From NCBI GenBank assembly GCA_012512955.1, contig JAAZDD010000072.1:1-60561 (forward strand): a stretch of 60,561 nucleotides of DNA. The letters run 5' to 3'. Positions within the stretch are counted from its first letter, which is position 1. Every line of letters begins with the position of its first letter. The translations under genes were made by a program, and so were the position numbers. Shown here piece by piece: positions 8,807 to 19,157 of the stretch. Under the pieces are notes generated by a model, which ran no database searches, was not told the DNA's origin, and saw nothing but the letters and a program-made list of their open reading frames with translations. The stretch is from Clostridia bacterium. GTDB lineage: Bacteria; Bacillota; DULZ01.

Positions 8807-10010
8807 ATTCATCCTGTTGGTCATCTTCCGGTTTGTTGAGAGCTGTCTTGGCAGCCGGTCCTCCCCGGGAACTTCCCATGACATCGGACCATTCCCTGGA
8901 AGAAAACTGTTTCAGTTTGTCTAAAGAGCCTCTTAAGCTGCCTGTACTGAGTAGTAGGAACAGGCCTGCTCCGATTAGAAAGATAACGATTAGCCACACC
9001 AGAGATCCCCTGTCACCCTTATCGGTCTCCAGCGCACCTACCGGAGTTTTTTCAGTAGGGCTGATACCTAATACCGTAGGAATTGCATCAGCAAATAAGA
9101 CCGCACCCTTTTCCGCCAGTTCCCGTTTGTTGGTGTGAGTGCCGACTTCAATCAGAATGGAACGTGGTGATAAATCCTGATTGTAATTGCCTTTCGCCAT
9201 AAAAATCCCATGAACTAAACCAGGGTAATACTGGTCCAACTGTGCTTTAATTTCTTTAGCAAAGTCCAGGTTGGCCTGCATGTTCTGGTTCTGCCGCCCG
9301 ACTACCAGCCGAACTTTGGTGACATCTTCACCGGACACGTTGGAGTAATAAAAATCCGGATCAGGTACCCCGTCCCGATGAATATCGATGATGGCTGCAG
9401 GGGTCTTTTTCATTAATTCCACAGCGGTTCTTCGGGATCTGCGGTAGGCATCTGCATCATGGGGCTCATGGGGTGTTTTGTCGTATGCCACTTCTATTCC
9501 TTTTTCTTTCAGCTTGGCGGCCAGTTGCTCCCCTACTTTGTAGATACCGCCGTTACCGGGAATACTCTCTGTGCCGTCTGTAGGCACATAGGATTCTGCC
9601 GAATGGGTATGGTACATAGCAATCAAATTGTTGGCAGTATTGTTCCCTTGTACCGGTAACAGGGCCGGTGCCGACTTCGGAGCTGTGTCGGCCAGGGCGT
9701 TTTCCATGATTAACCTGGCGTAAGCTGTATCTCCCTTGATCCTCTCTACCCGGTAATGGCGGTTGTTGGCGGCGATAAACTCGTCATCCAGGTGTACTTC
9801 CCTGGCTGTTTTGTCTAGGACGTTGTTATCTTCATCAACGATAGTGTAATAACCGCCGTCCATTCGTTCCTTTTCCCAGATTCCCAAATCCGGCAAATCA
9901 ATGTCAAAATCACTGACCGGTTGTTGTTGCGGCAGCGCGGTGACGGACCCGATGACAACTGCTCCCAAAGCCAGGAGCAGCAAACCTAGCAAACCTTTTT
10001 TACTCATCAT
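8805..10010 (-). CDS. spoIIP: Stage II sporulation protein P (SpoIIP amidase/endopeptidase) with extra C-terminal TM segment
   Basis: Conserved SpoIIP core (IAMYHTHSAESYVP, IDIHRDG, ILIEVGTHTN). The ORF 8805..10163 is trimmed to ATGATG at 10010/10007, which follows AAAGGAAGAAAG and yields an N-terminal signal-anchor MMSKKGLLGLLLLALGAVV. Confidence 0.88.
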   Translation of the reverse strand: MMSKKGLLGLLLLALGAVVIGSVTALPQQQPVSDFDIDLPDLGIWEKERMDGGYYTIVDEDNNVLDKTAREVHLDDEFIAANNRHYRVERIKGDTAYARLIMENALADTAPKSAPALLPVQGNNTANNLIAMYHTHSAESYVPTDGTESIPGNGGIYKVGEQLAAKLKEKGIEVAYDKTPHEPHDADAYRRSRRTAVELMKKTPAAIIDIHRDGVPDPDFYYSNVSGEDVTKVRLVVGRQNQNMQANLDFAKEIKAQLDQYYPGLVHGIFMAKGNYNQDLSPRSILIEVGTHTNKRELAEKGAVLFADAIPTVLGISPTEKTPVGALETDKGDRGSLVWLIVIFLIGAGLFLLLSTGSLRGSLDKLKQFSSREWSDVMGSSRGGPAAKTALNKPEDDQQDE

Positions 10011-10761
10011 CTTTCTTCCTTTCTTGATGCTGTTGGGACTCCCCTTGGGAAGGCAAAGGTTTATGGGCGGCTTGCGGAACAGCCCTGTCAAGATTCCGTA
10101 ACAGCTCCGGTGGCTTTCCTTCGCTTTCCGGACCTCCTTGCAGCCGTTCCCTGCCTTCGCCAATTATTTCCGCCAGGAGAACCGCTCCCAAACCGGCCAG
10201 GACGATGGCATCAAAGGCTCCGGCGCCGCCAACGGCAACTCGCCCCGGTATACCGGTAACTGTCAGTTGAATATAATTGATAACGTCCAAACTGAGCATC
10301 CCGAGAATGGCAGCAATGAAGGCTGATCTACGTGAACGACCGACGATGTAGGCTACCAAAGCGGCAATAATAGGATAGACATAGAGAGGATCAATAAAAT
10401 TAATACCACCTTGCCAGGGATCATCTTCCGTGAACAGGTAACGATTAGTTAAAGCGATAACGCCAACCGTCACACCGGTAGCCAATAATGCACGGATCCA
10501 TTCTTTTGCGGTCCCTGCTGTAATCAATAAATAAAGGGCTAATCCCAGCGGTACCAGGGCACCGCCCACATTAACGGAGACGGAAGGTGGCCCGCCGGTA
10601 AGGGGAATATTGATGAAACTGCCCACAATTAACAGTCCCACCAGCAATAAAGCAGCCCGGTCGCTAAGCCGCAGCCTGTCCAAAACCCGGTGGGCCAGGC
10701 CAAAATAGATGAGAATCGCCACCACAATTAAGAGGATCATTCCTAACGGATACCCGCTCAT
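10000..10761 (-). CDS. DUF1614 family integral membrane protein
   Basis: Polytopic membrane protein starting MSGYPLGMILLIVVAILIYFGLAHRVLDRLRLS, as I recall for DUF1614. ATG at 10761 is preceded by GAGGAG. Its stop overlaps the spoIIP start by 11 nt. Confidence 0.7.
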   Translation of the reverse strand: MSGYPLGMILLIVVAILIYFGLAHRVLDRLRLSDRAALLLVGLLIVGSFINIPLTGGPPSVSVNVGGALVPLGLALYLLITAGTAKEWIRALLATGVTVGVIALTNRYLFTEDDPWQGGINFIDPLYVYPIIAALVAYIVGRSRRSAFIAAILGMLSLDVINYIQLTVTGIPGRVAVGGAGAFDAIVLAGLGAVLLAEIIGEGRERLQGGPESEGKPPELLRNLDRAVPQAAHKPLPSQGESQQHQERKKDDE

Positions 10762-10820
10762 AGTGTCACTCCTCGTGCTTTTTGTGGTTATAGAGTTCCC
10801 GCCCAATTGGCCAAATATAC

Positions 10821-10844
10821 AAAAATGCCGCTTACTCAGCGGCA
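10821..10844 (-). terminator. Rho-independent terminator after fni
   Basis: Minus strand: TGCCGCT-GAGTA-AGCGGCA followed by TTTTTGTATATTT. The hairpin overlaps the fni stop codon (10836-10838). Confidence 0.6.
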
Positions 10845-11930
10845 ATCAGGTTTATTGGTTCCAGAAGATCTTTGTCTGTATTGGTCCATAATTCCTCGTT
10901 GTTCCAACCAATCTTTTGTTTTGCCGGTTATGATCACCGGTATTTTCCGAAGTTCCGCCAAAGTACCGGTGCCACTCAAGAGCATCAAGGACCGAAAATC
11001 GCTAATCAATTGTTGAAAGTAAGCCAACAGCTTCTCTTCCGAGGAATTTAACAACAGTTTGACAGTAGGACCGGCAATGCCTATTAAGTGGGCGCCCAAG
11101 GCCAGCGATTTTACCGCTTCTAAGGCAGAACGGATACCACCTGATGCCGTTACGGTAATGGGCAGAGAAAGGCTACATACTTCCGCAATAGACACGGCCG
11201 TGGGAATACCCCATTCTTCGAAAACGGTAGGACCGCCTATGCCTTGCCGGTATCTTTCAATAGTGCCGAAATTAGTACCGCCACAGCCTCCCACATCCAG
11301 ATACTTGACTCCTCTCTGCCAGAGTTCCATTGCCGTTTCCCTGGACAAACCAAAGCCTACTTCCTTCACGATCACCGGTACCGGTACAGTCTCGACTATT
11401 AAAGCGATTTTATCCAGCAGGCTACGGAAATCCCGGTCACCTTCTGCCATCGCCAATTCCTGGGCCAAATTCAAATGTAGTTGTAAACCGTCTGCTTCCA
11501 ACATTTCAATGGCCTTTACGGCTTCTTCAGGGGTGCATAGAGCTCCCAAATTGGCAAAAAGGAGCCCGTGAGGATTTTCCTTACGGGCAATTCTATAACT
11601 TGTTTCCAGGTCGGGATCAGCCATGGCCAATCGCTGGGAACCTACCGCCATGGCAATTCCCAATTCCCTCGCTACCCTGGCCAAAGAGGCGTTAACCTCT
11701 AAAGACAGCCTGGGACCGCCGGTAATCGCGTTAATTAAAAAGGGAACCTTCAACTTTTTGTTTGCAAAAGACAAACCGGTATCTATTTCTACCAAACTCA
11801 TGGGACTGGCAGCCTGATGAATCAGATAGATATCTTCAAAACCGGCACTCAGGGGACCGTCAGCCAAATCCTTGGCTATCTGCAAATGGTCCAATTTCCG
11901 GGAAAGGTTTTTACGATGTTCCTTATCCAT
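10836..11930 (-). CDS. fni: Type 2 isopentenyl-diphosphate delta-isomerase (FMN-dependent IDI-2)
   Basis: TIM-barrel flavoprotein motifs ([34 protein letters not shown]). The preferred ATG at 11930 overlaps the ispH-S1 stop. The longer ORF to 11954 would start inside the S1 tail. Confidence 0.85.
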   Translation of the reverse strand: MDKEHRKNLSRKLDHLQIAKDLADGPLSAGFEDIYLIHQAASPMSLVEIDTGLSFANKKLKVPFLINAITGGPRLSLEVNASLARVARELGIAMAVGSQRLAMADPDLETSYRIARKENPHGLLFANLGALCTPEEAVKAIEMLEADGLQLHLNLAQELAMAEGDRDFRSLLDKIALIVETVPVPVIVKEVGFGLSRETAMELWQRGVKYLDVGGCGGTNFGTIERYRQGIGGPTVFEEWGIPTAVSIAEVCSLSLPITVTASGGIRSALEAVKSLALGAHLIGIAGPTVKLLLNSSEEKLLAYFQQLISDFRSLMLLSGTGTLAELRKIPVIITGKTKDWLEQRGIMDQYRQRSSGTNKPDCR

Positions 11931-14004
11931 TATTGCCTTCTTCGAAAAGCTCACCGAAGAGATCGCCTAATTTAACCCCGGAGTTTTCTTCTGCTTGTAC
12001 AGGCTGTTCTGTTTTTTCCGGTTTTGGCCGCTCTTCTTTCCGAGCTTCTTTAAGACTCAAACTCATCCGGTGTGCCTCTTGATCAACACCGAGAATTTTC
12101 ACGGGTATTTCCTCTCCCACCGACACCACGTCTTCCGTTTTTTCCACGTGATGGTTGGCCAATTGGGAGATGTGAACCAGTCCCTCTATACCGGGTTCTA
12201 CTTCCACGAAAGCGCCGAAGGAAGCAATCCTTAACACTTTTCCTTGCACAATGTCGCCGACGGGATAGCGTTCCTCTGCAGTATCCCAGGGATTAGGCAG
12301 CAATTGCTTCAGTCCCAGGGAAACCTTTTCATTTTCCCGATCTACACCCAATACTTTTACTTCTATTTCCTGTCCTTCGGATAAAACATCTTTCGGATGA
12401 TCTACCCTACCCCAGGACAATTCGGAGACATGGAGCAAACCGTCAATGCCGCCAATATCAACAAAGGCACCGAAGTTAGTCAAGCGCCTTACGATACCTT
12501 TTACCACTTGTCCTTCGGCAAGACTTGCCCAGGTAGCTTCTCTCAATTTCTCGTATTCTTCATCAAGGATCGCTTTTTGGGACAGGACAACTTTATTTTT
12601 GCTGCGATCCAATTCGATGACACGCAAACGAAGCTCCTTGTTTAAGTACTGGCTCAGGTCTTCTACATAGCCCCGTTCCACCAACGAAGCCGGTACGAAG
12701 CCGCGAACACCGATATCTACCAGCAAACCACCTTTCACCACTTCAATTACCGGAGCCCGCAATTCTTCGCCGGATTCCAATGCACTTTCTAATTTTTCCC
12801 AGGCAATCTGGCGATCAGCTCTTCTTTTGGACAACACGGGATGTCCTTCTTCATTTTCCACGCGAAGTACATAAACTTGAACCTGATCTCCCACGGACAC
12901 AACATCACTTGGGTTATCAATAGAACGATTAGACAGTTCGTTCAAAGGAATGACTCCTTCTGACTTACCGCCTACATCGACCATCACTTCATTATCATTA
13001 ACCTGAACTACTGTGCCGGTAATGATATCACCCCGATGCAATTCCTGGGGATTGCTAGCCAAATCAAGATCAAGTTCTTCCCCCTTGTCGGCTGTCTCGC
13101 TTTCGTTAACTACGGTCTCCACTTCAGGGGTCCCAGCTTCTTGAACCTCCTCCGGCTTCAGTGTTTTTTCTTCGTTCAGCTCTGTCATTCTTTCAACAAC
13201 CTCCTCGATAATCCAATCTGGAGTAGAGGCTCCAGCTGTAACCCCCACTCGCTCTGCATTATTAAACCAACGGGCTTCAAGATCACCGGCCTGCTCAATA
13301 TGATACGTCGGTGTACCTGCCCCCTGGCAAATGCTCGCTAGTTTTTTGGTGTTGGCACTGTTCTTGCCGCCAATAACGATCATCAGATCAACTGTTTTAG
13401 CTAACTCTAAAGCCTCTTCCTGTCTGACTTTAGTAGCGCTGCAAATTGTATTATAAACTTTTAATTCAGCGGTTTTCTCCTGTAGAATATCAGTGACCTG
13501 TTCTAATAGGGCTATTTCTAAAGTGGTCTGTGCTAATACTCCAATCTTGGGGTAATAGGGCAGTCGCCTGGCCTCTGCTGCTTCTTTAACGACAACAGCC
13601 CGGTTACCGGTCCATTCAACAATACCCTGAACCTCAGGATGCAGATCATCACCTACTACTACCACCTGATAGCCCTCCTGAGCTAGTTCGTGGGCGATGG
13701 TCTGTGCTTTTCGGACAAAAGGACAGGTCGCGTCAATGGCCTCAAGACCACTTTTTTCAAGTAAGGCCAAAGTGTTAGGGCCAACACCATGAGAGCGAAT
13801 GATGACTTTTCCTTCACTGATATCATGGGGATTCTCAATTTTAGTGATACCCATCTCCGCCAGCTTATCTACTACCTGACGGTTATGAATCAATGGTCCA
13901 AAAGTATATACTTTGTTGTCTGAATGGCCATATTTGGAGGCAATTTCTAAAGCTCTTTTCACCCCGAAGCAGAATCCTGCATGGGGTGCTAAAATGATTT
14001 CCAA
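11923..14004 (-). CDS. ispH: Bifunctional 4-hydroxy-3-methylbut-2-enyl diphosphate reductase (IspH/LytB) fused to a four-repeat ribosomal protein S1 module
   Basis: The N-terminal roughly 280 aa is IspH-like ([20 protein letters not shown]). An acidic linker follows, then four S1 repeats (GxVV...G.FVDIGG...GL.H.SE). The ORF runs to 14052, but TTG at 14004, 5 nt after AGGTGA, gives the usual [15 protein letters not shown] start. Confidence 0.85.
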   Translation of the reverse strand: MEIILAPHAGFCFGVKRALEIASKYGHSDNKVYTFGPLIHNRQVVDKLAEMGITKIENPHDISEGKVIIRSHGVGPNTLALLEKSGLEAIDATCPFVRKAQTIAHELAQEGYQVVVVGDDLHPEVQGIVEWTGNRAVVVKEAAEARRLPYYPKIGVLAQTTLEIALLEQVTDILQEKTAELKVYNTICSATKVRQEEALELAKTVDLMIVIGGKNSANTKKLASICQGAGTPTYHIEQAGDLEARWFNNAERVGVTAGASTPDWIIEEVVERMTELNEEKTLKPEEVQEAGTPEVETVVNESETADKGEELDLDLASNPQELHRGDIITGTVVQVNDNEVMVDVGGKSEGVIPLNELSNRSIDNPSDVVSVGDQVQVYVLRVENEEGHPVLSKRRADRQIAWEKLESALESGEELRAPVIEVVKGGLLVDIGVRGFVPASLVERGYVEDLSQYLNKELRLRVIELDRSKNKVVLSQKAILDEEYEKLREATWASLAEGQVVKGIVRRLTNFGAFVDIGGIDGLLHVSELSWGRVDHPKDVLSEGQEIEVKVLGVDRENEKVSLGLKQLLPNPWDTAEERYPVGDIVQGKVLRIASFGAFVEVEPGIEGLVHISQLANHHVEKTEDVVSVGEEIPVKILGVDQEAHRMSLSLKEARKEERPKPEKTEQPVQAEENSGVKLGDLFGELFEEGNNG

Positions 14005-14124
14005 CCCAGTCACCTGTATAAAATGTTGTTTATAGTTTATCTCTATTGTCAAACATTATTATCTTTCGTGAAAAAGTAATAAAATCCTGCAAAAATAAAG
14101 AAAGGTTTCGCAGTTTCCGGGGTA

Positions 14125-14721
14125 TCAGGGTCCTTTCAGCGATTGTACCGCTTCTTCCATTTCCTTGGTCAGCCTGGCTATGTCTTCATCCCTCAGTTTC
14201 CCCCGGTAAGTTTCCGGCCAGGAAATGACAGGACCGATCCTTACTTTCATTTTACCGAAAAATAGGGCCCGGGAATAGGGGTAGGTTCCCATAACGGCCA
14301 CCGGAAGTACAGGTGACCTGCTTTTCAGGGCAATGGCCGCTGTACCGGACCGGAAAACCAGTTCCGTTGAGTTTTTCCTGGTTCCTCCTTCCGGGAAAAT
14401 ACCCAAAACCTCTTCTCCGGCCAGCAGCTTTAAAGAGCTCTTTACCGCCTGAAAATCCGTTTTGGAACGGTCCACGGGAAAGGCACCCAGGGCGGGAATC
14501 AGCCATCTTAAGACAGGCATATGAAAAAGCTCTTCCTTGGCCATGAAATGGATTGGCCTGGGAATACTTACTCCCAAAACAACCGGGTCCAAAACGCTTA
14601 CATGATTGGAAACCACAATCAGCTTTCCCCGGGCAGGAACATGTTCCACCCCCTGTACTTCCAACCGGTTCCATACTTTCAACAGGCACCTGGCCAGGAG
14701 TCTGAGTACTCGGTAAAGCAA
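14125..14721 (-). CDS. plsC: 1-acyl-sn-glycerol-3-phosphate acyltransferase
   Basis: 198 aa with the HX4D acyltransferase motif (SNHVSVLDP) and FPEGGT block. Confidence 0.85.
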   Translation of the reverse strand: MLYRVLRLLARCLLKVWNRLEVQGVEHVPARGKLIVVSNHVSVLDPVVLGVSIPRPIHFMAKEELFHMPVLRWLIPALGAFPVDRSKTDFQAVKSSLKLLAGEEVLGIFPEGGTRKNSTELVFRSGTAAIALKSRSPVLPVAVMGTYPYSRALFFGKMKVRIGPVISWPETYRGKLRDEDIARLTKEMEEAVQSLKGP

Positions 14722-14722
14722 T

Positions 14723-15394
14723 TTACTCCACCTCCTGACTGTACTTGGCTACAATCAGATCCACTACTTGCTCCACCGAAAGATCAGTAGTGTCGATCAC
14801 TATGGCGTCTTCCGCCTGGACCAGGGGAGCGACCTTGCGATTCCGGTCAGCCTGGTCCCTGGCCGCAATATCAGCTTCTATTTCCGCCAAGGAAATTTGG
14901 GTTCCCTTGTTCACCATTTCCCGGTAACGGCGGCGGCTTCTCTCCTCCAGGGAAGCCGTTAAGAAAAACTTAAAAGAAGCATCGGGCAGTACAGCAGTGC
15001 CTATATCCCGGCCGTCCATCACTACCCCACCTGAAGCGGCAGCTTTTCTCTGTAAATTGGTTAATTCCCGGCGCACAGGAGCAAAAGAAGAAAGCACGGA
15101 AACCCATTTTGTTACTAAAGGTTCCCTGATTTGTTCCGTAACGTCGGTATCGTCACAAAATACTTTCTGGACTCCTTCATCATTGGCAAACCGGATACGG
15201 GTAGTCCTGGCTAACCTGGCTAAAGCTGTTTCCTCAAAGGGCAGGTTCTGTTGGAGTGCTTTCCAGGTCAGGGCTCTGTACATGGCACCGGTATCGATAT
15301 AGACTAACCCCAGTTTTTCAGCCGCCAGCCGGGCTACGGTGCTTTTTCCCGCACCTGCCGGCCCGTCAATGGCAATATTAGGTTTCATGGTCAC
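14723..15394 (-). CDS. cmk: Cytidylate kinase
   Basis: 223 aa. P-loop IAIDGPAGAGKST, YIDTGAMYR and MDGRDIGT motifs. Confidence 0.93.
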   Translation of the reverse strand: MTMKPNIAIDGPAGAGKSTVARLAAEKLGLVYIDTGAMYRALTWKALQQNLPFEETALARLARTTRIRFANDEGVQKVFCDDTDVTEQIREPLVTKWVSVLSSFAPVRRELTNLQRKAAASGGVVMDGRDIGTAVLPDASFKFFLTASLEERSRRRYREMVNKGTQISLAEIEADIAARDQADRNRKVAPLVQAEDAIVIDTTDLSVEQVVDLIVAKYSQEVE

Positions 15395-16677
15395 ACCTCG
15401 CAGCTCTTTAACATCTCAAAGAAACCGGGAAAAGAAACATTGACCGCCTCTGCATCGGTAATGGTGGAGGATCCCGAAGCTCTCATGGCCAAGACAGCCA
15501 GGGACATGGCTATACGATGATCTCCATGAGAAGAACATTCTGTACCGGTAATTTTTTTTGTACCGGAAATGATCATCCCATCAGGGAGTTCCTTCACTTG
15601 AATACCGAACTTGGACAGTTCCCGGGTCATTACTTTCAGGCGATCCGTTTCTTTATGTCTCAGTTCAGCGGCATGGCTGATGGTGGTTGTACCTTCGGCA
15701 CAAGCGGCCGCTACGGCCAGGATGGGGACTTCATCTATTAAAGAGGGAATCCATTCCGGTTCAAAAGATATGCCCTGTAAATTGCCGGAGCGGACCAGTA
15801 GATCTCCTACCGGTTCACCTGTTTCTTCTCTTTCATTAAGGATATGAATGTTGGCACCCATGGCTTGCAAAGCCGTTAAAACCCCTGTACGGGTAGGATT
15901 GATGCACACATTTTTGATTAAAAGTTCCGACCCGGGAATTATGCTGGCAGCCACCAGGAGGAAAGCTGCGGAGGAAATGTCTCCCGGAACCGTAACTTCT
16001 TGCCCATTTAAGACAGACCCTGGGATCAAAGTAACTTTCGTGCCTCTTACGTTGATTCGGGCTCCAAAGGCCCGGAGCATTCTCTCCGTATGGTCCCTGG
16101 AAGTCAAGGGTTCCCTGACGGTAGTAGTTCCTGTTGTATTCAAGCCGGCCAGCAAAATAGCGCTTTTGATCTGAGCGCTGGCCACGGGAGAGCTGTAATC
16201 AATAGCTTTCAAAGGCCCTCCCTGGATGCAGAGAGGGGCAAACCTGTTTTCACCCCGGCCGATGATCCGAGCTCCCATTTGCGTTAAAGGTTTGATGACC
16301 CGATCCATGGGCCGCCTGCAGATGGAGGCATCTCCGGTGAGAACACTTAGGAAAGATTGACCGGCCAACAGGCCTGACAATAACCGGATGGTTGTTCCGG
16401 AATTTCCCACATCCAGGACTCTTTCCGGCTCAGTTAGGCCCCTCAGGCCCCGTCCCTCGATCAGGTAGTGACCCGGTTCCTTTCGACGGATCTTTACTCC
16501 TAACGCCTCCAGGCAACTCAGGGTATGTAAACAATCTTCCCCTTCCAAAAAGCCTTTGATCCTTGTCTCTCCTTCGGCTATTGCTCCCAGGATGGCTGCC
16601 CGGTGGGAGATTGATTTATCACCCGGTACTGCTATTTCCCCCTTCAATGGTCCCGAAGGATTTACCTCAATATTCAA
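15391..16677 (-). CDS. aroA: 3-phosphoshikimate 1-carboxyvinyltransferase (EPSP synthase)
   Basis: 428 aa. Motifs PGDKSISHRA, LDVGNSGTT, HKETDRL and DHRIAMS. There is a 4-nt overlap with cmk. Confidence 0.95.
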   Translation of the reverse strand: MNIEVNPSGPLKGEIAVPGDKSISHRAAILGAIAEGETRIKGFLEGEDCLHTLSCLEALGVKIRRKEPGHYLIEGRGLRGLTEPERVLDVGNSGTTIRLLSGLLAGQSFLSVLTGDASICRRPMDRVIKPLTQMGARIIGRGENRFAPLCIQGGPLKAIDYSSPVASAQIKSAILLAGLNTTGTTTVREPLTSRDHTERMLRAFGARINVRGTKVTLIPGSVLNGQEVTVPGDISSAAFLLVAASIIPGSELLIKNVCINPTRTGVLTALQAMGANIHILNEREETGEPVGDLLVRSGNLQGISFEPEWIPSLIDEVPILAVAAACAEGTTTISHAAELRHKETDRLKVMTRELSKFGIQVKELPDGMIISGTKKITGTECSSHGDHRIAMSLAVLAMRASGSSTITDAEAVNVSFPGFFEMLKSCEV

Positions 16678-16703
16678 GCTTCTTCCTCCCTTGTGCTTTG
16701 GAT

Positions 16704-17561
16704 TTAAGCAATAACCGGATAAGAACCAAGTATTTTCAGCATGGCCGCTTTTGATTGCAGTTTGGTCAAAGTGTCCCTGACCACCGGGTCTTGACAGTGC
16801 CCCAGAAAGTCAATAATAAAGAGATATTCTCCCAGTTCTTTTTTGGTAGGCCGGGATTCAATTCTTGTTAAATCCAGGTGCCGGTCGGCAAATTCTTTCA
16901 ACACTTCGTAAAGACTGCCGGGCCGGTTGTAAGGCAAGGCCACGACAATAGAAGTTTTTTTCAAGTAACTTTTCTCCCGGAGTACAGCTGTCTCTTTAGT
17001 ACCCACTTTACCCAGAACCCAAAAACGGGTTTTGTTGTCGCTGAAATCCTGAATTCTCTCCGCTTGGATTGTCAAATCATATTTACGGGCCCCGTCCCTG
17101 GAAGTAATGGCAGCAAGGCCCGGAGGCCCCTCAGCCACTACTCTTGCTGCTTCAGCAGTACTGCTGGTCTGAAACAGGGCCGCATGTTTTAAATTATTTT
17201 GCAGGTAGTGATGACATTGGGCCAAGGCCTGGGGATGGGAGTAAACGGCTTTGATTTCTGAAAAGTCAATGGATCCCTTGGTTGCCAGCTGATGTTCAAT
17301 CTGAAGACTTATTTCCCCCAGGATAGCCACCTGATCAGATCTGATTAGATAATCCTGAGTTACGTTGACAGCTCCTTCAATAGAGTTTTCCACAGGGACC
17401 ACAATCTGATCCAGGAGCTCCCCTTCCAGTTCATGAAACAGTTGCGGAATCCCGGTTTTCCCTTCCACTAAGTATGGTTCTCCCCTGAGCATTCCCAACC
17501 AGCAATGGGCAGCTTGCTGGGAAAAAGTTCCCTCCGGACCAAGAAAACCAATTTTGATCAT
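16704..17561 (-). CDS. pheA: Prephenate dehydratase with C-terminal ACT domain
   Basis: 285 aa. [10 protein letters not shown]-terminus, TRFWVL motif, and ESRP motif in the ACT domain. Confidence 0.9.
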   Translation of the reverse strand: MIKIGFLGPEGTFSQQAAHCWLGMLRGEPYLVEGKTGIPQLFHELEGELLDQIVVPVENSIEGAVNVTQDYLIRSDQVAILGEISLQIEHQLATKGSIDFSEIKAVYSHPQALAQCHHYLQNNLKHAALFQTSSTAEAARVVAEGPPGLAAITSRDGARKYDLTIQAERIQDFSDNKTRFWVLGKVGTKETAVLREKSYLKKTSIVVALPYNRPGSLYEVLKEFADRHLDLTRIESRPTKKELGEYLFIIDFLGHCQDPVVRDTLTKLQSKAAMLKILGSYPVIA

Positions 17562-18601
17562 TGCAACTTCCCCATTTGTCTGTTGATGGCTTGGGCAACT
17601 GCCCGAACTTGTATCATCAACTCCAGGAAATTGTCAGGAGTCAGGGATTGAGGTCCGTCGGACAATGCCTGGCTGGGATTGGGATGGACTTCTACCATCA
17701 GGCCGTCAGCACCGGCAGCTACCGCGGCCAAGGCCATGGGTGTTACTAAATGCCACTTCCCTGTCCCGTGGCTGGGGTCCACGATTACGGGCAAATGGGT
17801 TAAGTGTTTAATCACCGGTACACTGCTGATGTCCAAGGTGTTACGGGTATAACTTTCAAAAGTGCGAATGCCTCTTTCGCAGAAGATTACATTAAAATTT
17901 CCCTCTGTCATGATATATTCTGCGGCCAAAATCCATTCTTCAAAAGTAGCACTGGGTCCCCGCTTCAATAAAACCGGTTTGGTGGTTCTGCCTACAGCCT
18001 TCAATAATTGAAAGTTTTGCATGTTGCGGGCTCCGATCTGAAGAATATCCGCATATTCGGCCACAACAGGTACAAATTCTACGCCGGTTACTTCGGTGAC
18101 AATTTTCAAACCTGTTGCTTCCCGGGTTTTCGCCAACAGTTTGAGGCCTTCTTCTTCCAATCCTTGGAAGGAGTAGGGTGAGGTGCGGGGTTTGTAGGCT
18201 CCTCCCCGCAAAATTGTGGCCCCTGCCTCTTTGACCGATTGGGCGACAGTTAACAGTTGTTCCTCATTTTCCACGGCACAGGGACCGGCCATTACCTGGA
18301 TTTCCTGGCCCCCGACTGTCAAGTCCCCTAGGTTGATGACGGTAGGTTCCGGTTTAAACTCCCGGCCGGCCAGCTTAAAAGGATGGAGAATGGGGACTAC
18401 TTTCTCCACTCCGGCCATGGCTTCTACTGCCATACCGGCGATCCGTTCCTTGGTGTTTTCTCCGATGACCCCTATGATGGTACGGGAGACACCTTCCGAA
18501 ATATGTAATTGAAAACCGGCTTCAGTCAACCTTTCCAGAACCGCATCCAACTGCTCCTTGGGAGCCTGGTGTTGCATCACTATGATCATATGGACCGACA
18601 T
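17558..18601 (-). CDS. aroF: 3-deoxy-7-phosphoheptulonate (DAHP) synthase, type I-beta with N-terminal regulatory domain
   Basis: 347 aa. A ferredoxin-like N-terminal roughly 70 aa is followed by a KDO8PS-like barrel ([25 protein letters not shown]). Confidence 0.9.
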   Translation of the reverse strand: MSVHMIIVMQHQAPKEQLDAVLERLTEAGFQLHISEGVSRTIIGVIGENTKERIAGMAVEAMAGVEKVVPILHPFKLAGREFKPEPTVINLGDLTVGGQEIQVMAGPCAVENEEQLLTVAQSVKEAGATILRGGAYKPRTSPYSFQGLEEEGLKLLAKTREATGLKIVTEVTGVEFVPVVAEYADILQIGARNMQNFQLLKAVGRTTKPVLLKRGPSATFEEWILAAEYIMTEGNFNVIFCERGIRTFESYTRNTLDISSVPVIKHLTHLPVIVDPSHGTGKWHLVTPMALAAVAAGADGLMVEVHPNPSQALSDGPQSLTPDNFLELMIQVRAVAQAINRQMGKLQ

Positions 18602-18610
18602 CCTCTCGAC

Positions 18611-19150
18611 CTAAATTGAACCTGTTTCCGGCAATCCTAATCCCGACAGGGAAGATTCATGGACAGTACCGCCGGTATCCAGCAGGAAATACAGTCCGAA
18701 GGCCCCCGGTACTTGTTCCTGAAAAGAGGTACCCGGGACAAGGAAATAACAGGACCGTTCCGCCTGACCACCGGCTTTCAGCTCTTTGCGATCATCGATC
18801 AAAAAAGCGTTAACCTCGGTGTAATCAACATGGCGGTGGAAATCGGGAAGAAGCTTAATAATCGGTTGAAAGTAACCCCGGCATTCTTTAGGACTTTCGT
18901 TTCCCAAGAATAACAGCCAATCCAGCCGGCAAAAAGTGGTTAGTTCCTGGATGGTGTAGCGGGGAGTGTCCTGAAAAACTCCGACAGTGCCGACCAGGGG
19001 GGGCAGTCTCAGAATAATTTCCCTGGCTGTTTCCGGTTCCACATACCGCCGGCTTTTCGGCTCCAGGACAAAACCCAGAGCATCCATACCCTGTTCAACC
19101 GCATACCGGGCTTCTTCCCAGGTAGTAATGCCCGACATCAGTTTCCGCAT
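18611..19150 (-). CDS. Divergent phosphoribosylanthranilate isomerase-like (TrpF-like) protein
   Basis: 179 aa. The N-terminal half aligns by eye with TrpF (SGITTWEEARYAVEQGMDALGFVLEPKSRRYVEPETAREI...LPPLVGTVGVF). However, the residue before GIT is Ser rather than the catalytic Cys, and the C-terminal half is short and divergent. Confidence 0.55.
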   Translation of the reverse strand: MRKLMSGITTWEEARYAVEQGMDALGFVLEPKSRRYVEPETAREIILRLPPLVGTVGVFQDTPRYTIQELTTFCRLDWLLFLGNESPKECRGYFQPIIKLLPDFHRHVDYTEVNAFLIDDRKELKAGGQAERSCYFLVPGTSFQEQVPGAFGLYFLLDTGGTVHESSLSGLGLPETGSI

Positions 19151-19157
19151 CTTATCT

